Source: Candidatus Multivorans sp.
Lineage (GTDB): Bacteria; Acidobacteriota; Thermoanaerobaculia; Multivoradales; Multivoraceae
Reading direction: 5' to 3'
NCBI GenBank assembly: GCA_965247095.1
Contig: OZ251997.1
Span: 3,136,001-3,200,000, forward strand
DNA length: 64,000 bases
Shown here: positions 9,866-20,874 of the stretch, in pieces
How the letters are laid out: each line of letters begins with the position of its first letter
How positions within the stretch are numbered: position 1 is the first letter of the stretch
Notes under the pieces: generated by a model
The model's input: only the letters and a program-made list of their open reading frames with translations
Told to the model about the DNA's origin: nothing
Database searches by the model: none
Program-made: the position numbers and the translations under genes

Positions 9866-10883
9866 GCCCCTCCGTGACGCCGATGGCGCTTTCGAACGGG
9901 TACTGGACCCCCATCCGCCGGCGGACCTCGTCCATCAGTTCGAGCAGGGCGATCGATTCGGCGTGGGGCAGCAAGGGGCTCTCGAGTGCGCCTTCGCCCA
10001 GGAGACGTTCGACCTCCAGGGCCTGGTACTCGTAACCGTTGGCGAGGAAGGCGAACTCAGCGGTCGCAGCGCGGCGGGCGCCGCGGTGGAGCACTGCGCG
10101 CTGGGCGCGCCAGAACCGGGGGATCTCGATGCGGCCTTCGGTGCCCTCGATCACGGCGGTGTGATCGGTGTGGCGGCTGACGGAGCTTTCGAGGTGCGCC
10201 TCGGCGCCGGAGGGGAACCGCAGGGTCATGTTGCAGTGCTGGTCGACACCTGTCGGTGCGAGTTCCGCCTCGACCTCGAGTTCCGGGGCTTCGGGGCCGA
10301 TCACCGCCTGGCCGAAGACGAGTGTGGCGAGCGAGAGGGTGTAGCAGCCGATGTCGAGCATACTGCCGCCCGCGAGTTCGGGGGCGTAGAGCCGGCTCTT
10401 CGGATCGAACGGGGCCTCGAAACCGAAGGAGCAGGCGAGGCGCCGGGGTTCGCCGATCGCGCCCTCGGCCAGCCAGCGCGCGACGTGGCGGGTCGCCGGC
10501 AGAAAGCGGCTCCACATGGCCTCCATGAGCAGAACGCCGTGCTCCCGGGCGATGCGGCACATCGCACGGGCCTCCGAGGCGTTAACGGTGAGCGGCTTCT
10601 CGCACAGGACCGCCTTGCTCTGCCGGAGCGCCAGCGCCGCGTGCTCCAGATGGCCGGGATGGGGCGTGGCGACGTAGACGGCATCGACCGCCTCGCTACG
10701 CGCGAGCTCGCGGTAGGTCCCCGCCTCGGCGGCGGCGTAACCGCGCTCGGCATTGAAGGCGCGGGCGCGATCCGGGTCGCGGCTGCCGGTGGCGGTCACG
10801 TCGTGACCGTCCAGCGCATCGATGGCGGTGGCGAAGGAGCGCGCGATGGCGCCGGGACCGAGGATGCCCCAACGAACGGCCAC
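9852..10883 (-). CDS. Gfo/Idh/MocA family oxidoreductase
   Basis: [36 protein letters not shown]; GTG start inferred. Confidence 0.9.
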   Translation of the reverse strand: MAVRWGILGPGAIARSFATAIDALDGHDVTATGSRDPDRARAFNAERGYAAAEAGTYRELARSEAVDAVYVATPHPGHLEHAALALRQSKAVLCEKPLTVNASEARAMCRIAREHGVLLMEAMWSRFLPATRHVARWLAEGAIGEPRRLACSFGFEAPFDPKSRLYAPELAGGSMLDIGCYTLSLATLVFGQAVIGPEAPELEVEAELAPTGVDQHCNMTLRFPSGAEAHLESSVSRHTDHTAVIEGTEGRIEIPRFWRAQRAVLHRGARRAATAEFAFLANGYEYQALEVERLLGEGALESPLLPHAESIALLELMDEVRRRMGVQYPFESAIGVTEGLSRR

Positions 10884-10885
10884 GG

Positions 10886-12973
10886 CTACACCTGCCCCCG
10901 CAGCGCCTGGAGGACCAGGTCCCGGGCGCGGCGCGGCTCGTAGATGAACACCCGGCGCACCTTCGGCCCGACCTGATAGCGGAACCGCGCGAGCCGCCCG
11001 GCGAGGCCGCTGTGCGGCCGCGCGACGGTCAGCGCGTAGTGCGCTCTCGAGCGGCCGGCGCCCTCCGCCAGGCGGCGCAGCTCGTCCGGGGACAGTTGGC
11101 TCCAGTTCACGCAGGGACCGAGGGGGGCGACCAGATCGCCGCCGTAGGGGCGGACGGATTCGACCTGGAAGCCGGTGCGGATCAGGCGACCCAGGTCGCG
11201 GGAACGGATGGCGTGGGCGCAATCGCCCGCGGTCGGTGGCAGCGGCAGCCGGTCGAATCGTCGGGCCGCGGCCGGGAGACGGCGGAAGGCCGCCGCGGCG
11301 GCGGCGCCGGCGCGGCCGTTCCACTGGTGCCGGGCCGGACCGACGTAGTCGTCCACGATCAGCCGGCCGCCGGGTTCGAGGGCCTCGAGCACGGCGATGA
11401 GGAGGCGCTCGAGCCGCAGGTGGGCGGAGAATCCGCCGATGCAGCAGACCGCCTGGTAGGCGGCCGGGGGGAGTGCGGGGCGGCGGGGGTCGAGGATGAG
11501 GCGCCGGATGGCGGCGGATGCGGGCGAGACGCCCGCGTTCCCAGGAGAGGCGGCGATGTCGACATGCGCGGCGAAGCCGGTGCGGAGGAACTCGGCGGCC
11601 CAGGTGTCGTCGCCGACGAGGAGGACGCGGTCGAAGGGGTCGGCGGGGGCGTGCTCGGCGATCCACTCGCCCGGGGCGGGGCCGGCGGCGGCGGCGCGGA
11701 CGGGGGCGGGGAGGCCCCATGCGGGCGGCTCGGGCTCGCCGCTTCGCGGCATCGCACTTGATGCGGGCGAGACGCCCGCGTTCCCAGGTCCGGATGCGGG
11801 CGAGGCGGACACGAGCCCAGGAGATGCGGGCGAAGCGGGCACGACCCCAGCGGTCCCGGGGCCGGGGCCGAGTTGTTCGAGGCGTTCTTCGACCTGCTCT
11901 CGCCACTGGAGGCGGAAGTACAGGGCGTGCTTGCGTTCGGAGCAGGTGCGGCAGGTGCCGCACGGGTTGCCGGTGCGCAGGCCGTCGGTGATCGAGGAAA
12001 GAAGCGGCGAGCGCTCGACTTCGGCGAGCGTCGTCTCGGGGTAGAGGCCGATCGGCTGCTCTTCCCAGAAGATGCACGGCGAGACGGCGCCGTTCGGCCG
12101 CACGACCACGGTGTGGCGGGGCCAGGCGCAACCGCCGACCGCGGTCCGGACGCGGCCGCGCAGGCGGCGGCGATCGTAGAGCCCGGCGCGCCAGCGCAGC
12201 AGGTGGCCGCGGAGCCCGATCGCGGCGCCGTCGTCGAAGTCGGGGTAGGAGACGAGCCGGAGGCCCCGGGCGGCCGCGTCTTCGGCGGCCGCGGCCAGCT
12301 CGGCCCGCAGGGCGCCCGGATCCTCACCGTCGAGGAGTTCGTCCTCGGCGGTGACGTGGGCGGTCGGCGCGACGAACCGGACGTCGAGCTCACTGGCGCC
12401 GACTTCTTCGGCGAAGCGCGGCAGATCGGCGAGGTCGGCGCGGTTCGTCTGCATCCACACGAAGATCAGCCGCAGGCGGGTGGCGGCGCCACGCCGCACG
12501 TCGTTCAGAAGATCGAGAGAGCGCATCAGCCGGGCGAACGTGGCGCCGACCCGGATCGTCTCGTAGGTCTCGGCGTGGGTGCCGTCCATCGACACGCCGA
12601 CCGTCTTGACCCCCGCCTCGCAGATCGCCTCCGCCTTGGGCGGGGTGAGCGGCAGCAGGTTGGTGGGGAACCAGAGGTCCGGAATGCCGTAGCTCCCCGC
12701 CTCGCGCATGATGTCGATGAACTTCGGGTGAACCAGGGGCTCGGCGGCGCATCCGAGAGCGACCCGGTGGGCGCGCGGGAAGAGGTCGGCCGCGACCTGG
12801 CCGAAGGTCTCGAGCGGCATCATGCCGGTGCGCGACAGGTTCCGGTCGAAGGGCAGGAACTGCAGCCGGTCGACCGCGGAGAAGTAGCACATCTTGCACT
12901 TCAGGTTGCAGCGCTCGGTGGTGTCGAGGATGACCTCGAGCGGTCGGCGACGGAAGGGGGAGGTGGGGGTCAC
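10886..12973 (-). CDS. Radical SAM/SPASM-like protein fused through a REP-derived linker to a degenerate class I methyltransferase-like domain
   Basis: CNLKCKMC, CAWP...SPC...CGTCRTC; C-terminal LEPGGRLIVDDYVGP; GTG start at 12973 inferred. Confidence 0.8.
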   Translation of the reverse strand: MTPTSPFRRRPLEVILDTTERCNLKCKMCYFSAVDRLQFLPFDRNLSRTGMMPLETFGQVAADLFPRAHRVALGCAAEPLVHPKFIDIMREAGSYGIPDLWFPTNLLPLTPPKAEAICEAGVKTVGVSMDGTHAETYETIRVGATFARLMRSLDLLNDVRRGAATRLRLIFVWMQTNRADLADLPRFAEEVGASELDVRFVAPTAHVTAEDELLDGEDPGALRAELAAAAEDAAARGLRLVSYPDFDDGAAIGLRGHLLRWRAGLYDRRRLRGRVRTAVGGCAWPRHTVVVRPNGAVSPCIFWEEQPIGLYPETTLAEVERSPLLSSITDGLRTGNPCGTCRTCSERKHALYFRLQWREQVEERLEQLGPGPGTAGVVPASPASPGLVSASPASGPGNAGVSPASSAMPRSGEPEPPAWGLPAPVRAAAAGPAPGEWIAEHAPADPFDRVLLVGDDTWAAEFLRTGFAAHVDIAASPGNAGVSPASAAIRRLILDPRRPALPPAAYQAVCCIGGFSAHLRLERLLIAVLEALEPGGRLIVDDYVGPARHQWNGRAGAAAAAAFRRLPAAARRFDRLPLPPTAGDCAHAIRSRDLGRLIRTGFQVESVRPYGGDLVAPLGPCVNWSQLSPDELRRLAEGAGRSRAHYALTVARPHSGLAGRLARFRYQVGPKVRRVFIYEPRRARDLVLQALRGQV
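11517..11545. repeat. REP-like palindrome, in-frame in the methyltransferase-like domain (PGNAGVSPAS)
   Basis: GATGCGGGCGAGACGCCCGCGTTCCCAGG. Confidence 0.9.
11727..11860. repeat. Tandem REP cluster (hairpin module, one intact copy and about two degenerate copies) forming an interdomain linker
   Basis: GATGCGGGCGA recurs at about 11760, 11793 and 11823; encodes PGTAGVVPASPASPGLVSASPASGPGNAGVSPASSAMPRSGEPEP. Confidence 0.85.
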
Positions 12974-12977
12974 GATG

Positions 12978-14213
12978 TCAGAGGCGGATTCCGCCTGCGG
13001 CGGATGCGGGCAAGATGCCCGCGTTCCCAGGGCCGGAGGGGGGAGCGGGCCACGACAGGGCCGCCAGCATTGCCGCGCACACGCCGCGGCCGGAACTCCT
13101 TTGGCGCCACACGGCGGCGATGCTAACCGGATCGCGCTCGCCACGGCGCCACGCGGCCTGCTCCGCCGCGATCGCATGGGCCAGGGGACCGGCACGGTGG
13201 GCGGATGAAACCCGGCCGTAGGCGCCGTCTTCGGACCAGCTCCGGAGGCTCGGAATGGGCGTGCCGACGATCGTCGCGCCCACGGAGAGCGCCTCGCAAC
13301 CGGCGTGGGGGGCGCCCTCCCAACGCGAGGAGAAGACGATGGAGCGGCTGCCGGCGAGCGCCTCGGCCAGCACCGGCGGGTGCTGAGGACCGCGGTAGAC
13401 GACCCCAGGGAACCGCCCGCACAGTTCCCGGAAGTGCTCTTCGCCGCCGGCGCCGAAGATGTGGACCGGTTGTTCCTCCTCGTCGCCGGCGGCGGCGAGA
13501 TAGCGGGTCAGCGCCGCAGCCAACAGAGGCGCGTTCTTCTGGGGGTCGTCCCAGCGGCCGACCGCCACCAGGCCGCGGCGCTCCCGTTCGAGGTCGGGAA
13601 ACTCGCAGAAGACCCTGTTGATCGCGAGCGGCGCCACGTGGACCCGTTCGGCGTGGTCGCCGGCGCCGGCCTTGCGCAGGAAGCGGCGGAAGTGGTCGCG
13701 CGACTCCGCGTTGCCCAGGATCAGCACGTCGGAGAACCTGGCGCTACGCAGGAACTCGGCGTCCTGCGGATCCCGGCGCTGGAACGAGCGCAGGTAGCGA
13801 AGCCCGAGCCTGGCCAACTGCCGGCGGCGCCGGCGCCGGTCGGAGGTTCCGGCATAGACCGTCCGTCTCATCGTCGCGAGCGGAAAGGCCCGCAACCCCA
13901 TCTGCCCGTCCGAGTCCCCCATGGCGATCGTGCGCACACCGATACCCACCAGCAACTCGAGCAGGCCGGACATCTGGTGGAAGGAGGGCAGGATCGCGAC
14001 GGTGACCTTGAGATCGAGCCAGAACTCCCGGTTCGCCAGCCCCTCGCCGAGCGGCGGGCAGAAGGTCGGCACGGGGAAGCCGTCGTCAGAGGACTGAGGG
14101 CAGACAACGAATGCCTCGTGGCCGAGCTCTTCCAGGCCGCGGATGTACTCCTCGAACCGGAACGAGCACTGGCTCAGGGGCGTGCCGTGGTTCCAGACAA
14201 CGGCGATCCGCAT
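12978..14213 (-). CDS. Glycosyltransferase, GT4/GT-B type
   Basis: VAVGRWDDPQKN, SSRWEGAPHAGCEALSVG (ExxxxxxxE motif). Confidence 0.85.
   Translation of the reverse strand: MRIAVVWNHGTPLSQCSFRFEEYIRGLEELGHEAFVVCPQSSDDGFPVPTFCPPLGEGLANREFWLDLKVTVAILPSFHQMSGLLELLVGIGVRTIAMGDSDGQMGLRAFPLATMRRTVYAGTSDRRRRRRQLARLGLRYLRSFQRRDPQDAEFLRSARFSDVLILGNAESRDHFRRFLRKAGAGDHAERVHVAPLAINRVFCEFPDLERERRGLVAVGRWDDPQKNAPLLAAALTRYLAAAGDEEEQPVHIFGAGGEEHFRELCGRFPGVVYRGPQHPPVLAEALAGSRSIVFSSRWEGAPHAGCEALSVGATIVGTPIPSLRSWSEDGAYGRVSSAHRAGPLAHAIAAEQAAWRRGERDPVSIAAVWRQRSSGRGVCAAMLAALSWPAPPSGPGNAGILPASAAGGIRL
13003..13031. repeat. REP-like palindrome, in-frame in the glycosyltransferase C-terminal tail (PGNAGILPAS)
   Basis: GATGCGGGCAAGATGCCCGCGTTCCCAGG. 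Confidence 0.9.
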
Positions 14214-14268
14214 GATGCGCGACGCTACAGGACGGGAGCGGGGAGGGGAACGTGTCGCTGAGTGGGCT

Positions 14269-15866
14269 TCAGTCGCACCTGAAGGCCATGGTGTCGATCC
14301 CGGTCGCTGCCTTCTCACCCTGCCGGTTGTAGTGGCTCCAATAGTGCCCGTTGCCGTCTGTGACGTACAGATTGAAGGCCACGTCAGTGACCGGGCCCAC
14401 GAAGACCCAGCGGTGACCGTTGAGGTGGCATCCGTCGAGCACCTTGATCAGGACCTCCGCGTTGCCGCGGCTGAAGAACCAGAGCAGACCCGACTCGGAC
14501 GAGGCCCAGATGCCGGACTTCGCCTCACCGACCTCGCCAGCCGGCGTCTCGTAGCACATGTGCACCTCGTAGCCCCCGTCGAAAACGAGCGGCGTGGTCT
14601 CCGGACGGCAACTCGTATATCCAGGTCCCGTCGGCGGGTCGGGATACGGATCGCGCGGAACCGGATACAGATAGCGCACGGCGTCGCGGTCATCGCTGTT
14701 GAGCGCGGCGCCGCGGCCGTCGCCGTGGACCCTCGCGCGCATCAGCGCCTGGGCGGTCACGGCGTCACAGGAGCCGCTGGCGCGATCGCCGCAAGAGTGG
14801 GATATTCCCAACACATGGCCGAGCTCGTGGGCCATGACTTCCTCGTGGGCCTTGCGCGGATTCGAGTTCGAACTCACCCACTCCTGGTAGCCGTCCTGGG
14901 TGGTCACGTTCGACTCGACGATCGCGAGCGCCTCGTCCGATTCGTTGCCCGGAATCCTGTGCGGCGGGGCGGAGCCGTCGCAGTAGAAGAAGGTGTAGGT
15001 GATCGCGATCACGCCGCCACCGCCACGTTCGTAGGACCCTGGAATCTCGTCGAACGGATCCTCGTAGGAGATCGAGTTCACGCCGTCGACATCGTCGATC
15101 AGGAACTCCTTGCTCGATGTGCCCTCAAGGACCAGGTTCACACGGCTCTCGGGATCGTTGTTCCAGGCCCGGATGGCGGTGCGCACCTCGAACAGGCCGC
15201 CGCCGGGCACCCCCGGCTGACCGCTCGCCTGGACGGTCACGCCGACGCTCTCGCCGCGGTCGAACTCTCGCCACCGGATCGGCAGGCCGTCGTGGAGGCA
15301 CGACGCGGGACTCCGGGTCACCCGGAACGGCTCGGCGACCGCGAGGGGCCCGTCCGGCCAGCCGGCGTCGAAGTAGTCGGCCGGCCGCTCGACACCCGCC
15401 GCGCGGTCCGCGATCCAGCGGCGAAAACGGGCCGCGTCGCGCGGTCGGCGGCTTCGGGCTCGGAGCAGTACGCGTTCCCCCACCCGGACCTCGAAGAACA
15501 GGCCCAGGGCGAACTCGACCGGGCGGTAGGCATCGTCCACCGGATCGAGGAAGAGCAAGACCCGGTCCCCCTCGGCCAGCATGGGCAGGCCGAGGATCTT
15601 CATCGCCACGCCGTCCGGGCCTACGCCGCCCGGCTGGCGAACGAGGATCGTGCCGCCCGGCACGAAGCCCTTCAGCACCTCCGCGACCTCGACCGCGTAG
15701 TCCCGGACCGGCCGGCGTCCCGCGAATGCCGGCGTAACGGACCGAACCTCGCCGAACACGATCACCTGGGAACGCTCGACCATCGACTCGTCGGTCGGCA
15801 GGACGTAGACGATCGCCGCCGCCGGAGGCGCACAGATGGACACCGCGAGCAGCAGCGCAACTGGAA

Positions 15867-15879
<13 letters not shown>
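14269..15879 (-). CDS. Secreted metzincin-type Zn metalloprotease with C-terminal WFF/KVLDGC domain
   Basis: Signal peptide; HELGHVLGISH and Met-turn ALMRA; C-terminal LLWFFSRGNAEVLIKVLDGC. Confidence 0.85.
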
Positions 15880-17078
<1,199 letters not shown>

Positions 17079-17221
17079 GACGATTCCTCCTCGGTGTCGG
17101 TCAACGGTCATCTGCCCGGCAACGATGCACGCGGCATGCCAGGCCGCCGGTCTCATCGGGGCGACTGTGATGCGATGCTCAGGGATCCGAACTCCAGCAG
17201 GGCGCTACAACGTGACGACTC

Positions 17222-19696
17222 TCAGGCCACCGGGGCAGAACACTCGAAGGCCTCGACATCCTGGATGGGCTGGAACGGCGTGCCGGCGGGGTTCTCGTAG
17301 GTCCTCTCCTCGCCGGTCTCGCTGTCGGTGACCGTCATCGTCACGGCGACGTCCGTGAGTCCGCCGGCGAACACCCAGCGGTGGCCGTTGAGCTCGCAGC
17401 CGTCGAGCACCTTGATCACCATCTCCACGTTGTTCGGACCGAAGAACCAGTAGAGGCCCGTATCCCGGGTGAGCGGCCAGGCCGTGGCGTCGCCGCTGCC
17501 GTCATCCGTTTCCCAACGGGCGCGGACCGCGAAGCGACCGCCCTCGAGGCAGAGGGTGAGGTCGTCGGCCTCGCAGGCGCCGCCTTCGTCCTGCGGCAGC
17601 GCGACCCGGCCGGGACGAAGCGCCCCGGTGAAGCGCTCGGCGAACCGGGACGTCCGGTTCGTGCCTCCGCGCACAGACTCCATCTCCCCGGGCAGCAGCA
17701 GGTACCGGCTCTGGCCGTACAGGTTCCGGCCCTGGGAGCAGACGGCGAAGGACTCATTGTCCTGAACCGGCCGGAAGGGAGTGCCCGGCGGGTTGTAGTA
17801 CGTCGCGGCGACTCCGGTTTCGGAGTCGATCACGGTCATGACGACCTTGACGTCGGTCAGGCCGCCGGCGTACACCCAGAAGCGCTCGTTGAACGCGCAC
17901 CCGTCCAGGACCTTGACCACGAGTTCGATGTTGTCCGGAGAGAAGAACCAGAAATCGCCGGTGTCGTTGGTCAACGGTTCGGCATCGCCCCGGTCGCTTT
18001 CCCTGCCGGTCTCCCACCGCACTTCGACCCGGAAGCGTCCGTCGTTCAGACACAGCGTGTCATCGTCCTCCACGCAGCCTTTGACCTCGGCGAAGGTCGT
18101 GGCGCCCGCTTCCGGCGTCGGTTCGGAGATGCCGCGGTTGTTCCGCGCCACGACCTGGTAGCCGCGGTAGGTCGCGGGCGGGATGTTCTGGATCACCACG
18201 GAGGTGCTGTTGCGCTCCAGGGTGGCGATGCGCTCGAAGTCGCTGTCGACCATCCGCTCGTAGATGTCGAAGGCTCTCTCGTCGCCGGAACGGTCCTGCC
18301 ACCGGAGTTCGAGTTCGTTCTGGCTGATCGCGGTGACGGTCAGATCGGTGGCCGCCGCCGGCCCCACCGGACCGACCGGACCGATCTCCGGGTAGAGAGC
18401 GCGCACCGCGTTCCGGTCGTCGGCGTTGAGCACGGCCCCATCGATCCGGCTTCCGACCCGCGCCCGCATGAGCGCCGTGCGCTTCAACTCCGTGTCGCAG
18501 GGACTGTTGGCCCCCTCGTCGCAACTGTGGCCGATACCCAGGACGTGGCCCAGCTCGTGGGCCATGATCTGGGCGTGGGCGAGGCCGGCATCCGGCACGA
18601 GGGCCAACCAATCCCGGTACCCGTCCTGGGTCGTGATGTTCGCCTCGACGAACTCGTAGGCCTCCACTCTCCCCAGGCCCGGGATCGGGTGCGGCGGGGC
18701 GGATGCACCGCAGAAGAAGTATCCGTACGTGATCGCAAGGACCCCGCCCACCGAGGGAAGGAACGAGCCGGGAATCTCGTCTAGGGAATCCTCGAAGCTG
18801 ATCCCGTTCTCGTTGTCCGAAGCGAGCGGGAGTTCGTCATCCGACAGGCCGCTGCGAACCAGGCGCGCCCGGCTTCTCGGGTCCTGGTTCCAGGCCCTCA
18901 TTCCAGCCAGGACCTGCGCATGACCGTTGCCTGGCGCGCCGGGCTGGCCCCGGCGCTGGACCACCAGCCCCACGCTCTGACCCCGGTCGAAGTTGCGCCA
19001 GCGAATGCGGGTACCCGGCTTTTCGCAGCCGCCGGGGGCCGAGATCAGACGGAAGTCCGAAATGACCGTGGCCAGGCCCTCCGGCAGGTCGGTCGCGAAG
19101 TAGTCGGGCGCGCGCTGATCCCCCGCCGCGCGGTCGGCGATCCAGCGGCGGAAGCGGACGGCGTCGCGCGGGACGGCGCCTTGCGCGCCTTGCCGAGCGG
19201 CCTGGTCGCCCGGCATCGGCAACACCAACTGCTCCGTCGAATCGCGCAACAGCAGCATCCGTTGGCCGGCCGGCACCTCGAAGAAGATCCCGAGCGCGAG
19301 TTCAACGCTGCGGTAGACGCCCTCGACCGGATCGAGGAAGAGCAGCGCCCGGTCTCCCTCGGCAAGTACCGGCGCACCGATCACCCGGCCGGCAAGGCCG
19401 CCCGGACCGAGGCCGCCGGCCTGCCGGACGACGATCGTGCTGCCGGGCACGAAGCCCTTCAGCACTTCCTCGACCTGGAACATGAGGTCGGTGGCGGGAG
19501 GTCCTCCAATGGGCGCCGGCTCCGTGGCCAGAACCTCGCCGAAGACGATGACCGGCGACCGCGTAACCATCGCCTGGTCGGTCGGCATGACGTAGACGGT
19601 CGCCGCCGCCGGCGCCGCCACGATCAGCAGGACGGCGAGCCCGGGCAGCAGCGCGAGAAGCCGCTTACTGGGCGGCAAGACGCTGCCGCGACGCAT
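17222..19696 (-). CDS. Secreted metzincin protease with FN3-like domain and two WFF/KVLDGC domains
   Basis: HELGHVLGIGH, ALMRA; FN3-like LTVTAISQNELELRWQD...YQVVARN; two LCLxxGRF...WFF...KVLDGC repeats; start uncertain (19696-19786). Confidence 0.85.
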   Translation of the reverse strand: MRRGSVLPPSKRLLALLPGLAVLLIVAAPAAATVYVMPTDQAMVTRSPVIVFGEVLATEPAPIGGPPATDLMFQVEEVLKGFVPGSTIVVRQAGGLGPGGLAGRVIGAPVLAEGDRALLFLDPVEGVYRSVELALGIFFEVPAGQRMLLLRDSTEQLVLPMPGDQAARQGAQGAVPRDAVRFRRWIADRAAGDQRAPDYFATDLPEGLATVISDFRLISAPGGCEKPGTRIRWRNFDRGQSVGLVVQRRGQPGAPGNGHAQVLAGMRAWNQDPRSRARLVRSGLSDDELPLASDNENGISFEDSLDEIPGSFLPSVGGVLAITYGYFFCGASAPPHPIPGLGRVEAYEFVEANITTQDGYRDWLALVPDAGLAHAQIMAHELGHVLGIGHSCDEGANSPCDTELKRTALMRARVGSRIDGAVLNADDRNAVRALYPEIGPVGPVGPAAATDLTVTAISQNELELRWQDRSGDERAFDIYERMVDSDFERIATLERNSTSVVIQNIPPATYRGYQVVARNNRGISEPTPEAGATTFAEVKGCVEDDDTLCLNDGRFRVEVRWETGRESDRGDAEPLTNDTGDFWFFSPDNIELVVKVLDGCAFNERFWVYAGGLTDVKVVMTVIDSETGVAATYYNPPGTPFRPVQDNESFAVCSQGRNLYGQSRYLLLPGEMESVRGGTNRTSRFAERFTGALRPGRVALPQDEGGACEADDLTLCLEGGRFAVRARWETDDGSGDATAWPLTRDTGLYWFFGPNNVEMVIKVLDGCELNGHRWVFAGGLTDVAVTMTVTDSETGEERTYENPAGTPFQPIQDVEAFECSAPVA

Positions 19697-19926
19697 TCGT
19701 GAAGCCCATCCGGGCTGCCCGCTGGCAGTCCTGCCGCTCCGGCGGCCGGAGCGAAGAGACATGTCGATTAGACGATGGGTGAACATAGGTCAAACCCGCG
19801 CCCAGACCACGGAGCGCAGGGCGAAAGCCGCCGGATTCTAGCATTTTCACGTGTTTTACGGTGTTCTTGAGCGAGGAACACTGGTTTCAACGCGCGCCGG
19901 CGCGGCCGGATTCCGGCTCAGGACTG

Positions 19927-20595
19927 CTAGGACAGCAGCCGGGCGGCCCGAGCGGTCAGGTCGTCGAGCCTGGCGCCGAGTTCGAGCCGGGCCGCCTCCC
20001 GCTCGGCGTCGGTCGATCCGCGATCGAGCACCATCGGTTCCCCGACCGCGACCGCCACCCTGGTGAACGGGGCGCCGACGATCATGCGGTCCCAGCTCCT
20101 CAACCTCAGACCGCGGTCCGCGGCGAGGCCGGCGGGGACGATCGGCGCGCCGGACATGGCCGCCAGCACGATGCTCCCGGCTTTCGGCCTGCGCGCCGGC
20201 CCGCGCGGACCGTCGGGCGTGAGCAACAGGGTCGACCGATGCTTGACGAGCTCGCGGTAGAGGGAGAGCACCGCCTCGCGGCCGCCGCGGGAGGTCGAGC
20301 CGCGGGTGACGCGGATGCCCCAGGCCCGCGCGACCCGAGCAGCCAACTCACCGTCGTCGGAGTGGCTGGAGAGGATGGAAACCGGTCCACCGGCCGGCAG
20401 CAGGCGCCGGCGCACCAGCAGCAGGGAGAGCGCCAACTGCTCGTGCCAGCAGGCGAGCATGGCCGGCGGCTCGAGCGCGCGGTCGAGGTGCTCGGCGCCT
20501 TCGAGGCGGTGCAGGCGGTAGCTGGCGGTGAGGGTCTGGGAGAGGAGACGGACCAGGACCGCCGCCGCGGGCAGGGCGGCGCCGCGTATCTTCAA
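19927..20595 (-). CDS. DUF374 / lysophospholipid acyltransferase family protein (LpxJ-like)
   Basis: ACWHEQL, SSHSDDGEL, RGSTSRGG, TPDGPRGP, SWDRMIV. Confidence 0.85.
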   Translation of the reverse strand: MKIRGAALPAAAVLVRLLSQTLTASYRLHRLEGAEHLDRALEPPAMLACWHEQLALSLLLVRRRLLPAGGPVSILSSHSDDGELAARVARAWGIRVTRGSTSRGGREAVLSLYRELVKHRSTLLLTPDGPRGPARRPKAGSIVLAAMSGAPIVPAGLAADRGLRLRSWDRMIVGAPFTRVAVAVGEPMVLDRGSTDAEREAARLELGARLDDLTARAARLLS

Positions 20596-20822
20596 CCGAT
20601 GCCGGCGGCGTAGTTGAGCACATCGCCGACGGTCTCCATGGCGGCGGCGTCTTCGTCGCTGATCTCGATGTCGAGGGCCTCTTCGAGTTCGATCAGCAGT
20701 TCGAGCTGCTTGGGAGAGTCGATGCCGAGGTCGGCCACGAGGTCGAACTCGGGCCGCAGCTCGCCTTCGTCCCGGCCGCTGGCCCGTGCCAGTACCTTGC
20801 TCGCCGCTGCACGTGGATCCAT
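20592..20822 (-). CDS. Acyl carrier protein
   Basis: 76 aa acidic protein; DLGIDSP phosphopantetheine site; SD GAGGAG. Confidence 0.9.
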   Translation of the reverse strand: MDPRAAASKVLARASGRDEGELRPEFDLVADLGIDSPKQLELLIELEEALDIEISDEDAAAMETVGDVLNYAAGIG

Positions 20823-20874
20823 TGCTCCTCAGCTCCTGTGCCCAACCGTGGCTGCCAAGTCCGGCGAGGCCGGG

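Noticed and set aside
11727-11860. Tandem about 30-bp repeats as a CRISPR array
   Set aside because: The repeats are degenerate, lack unique spacers of constant length and lie in a coding frame; there are no cas genes.
9852-12131. 759-aa ORF as a single protein
   Set aside because: Only the last about 343 aa are a Gfo/Idh/MocA enzyme; the Arg-rich N-terminus is an alternative frame of the rSAM gene.
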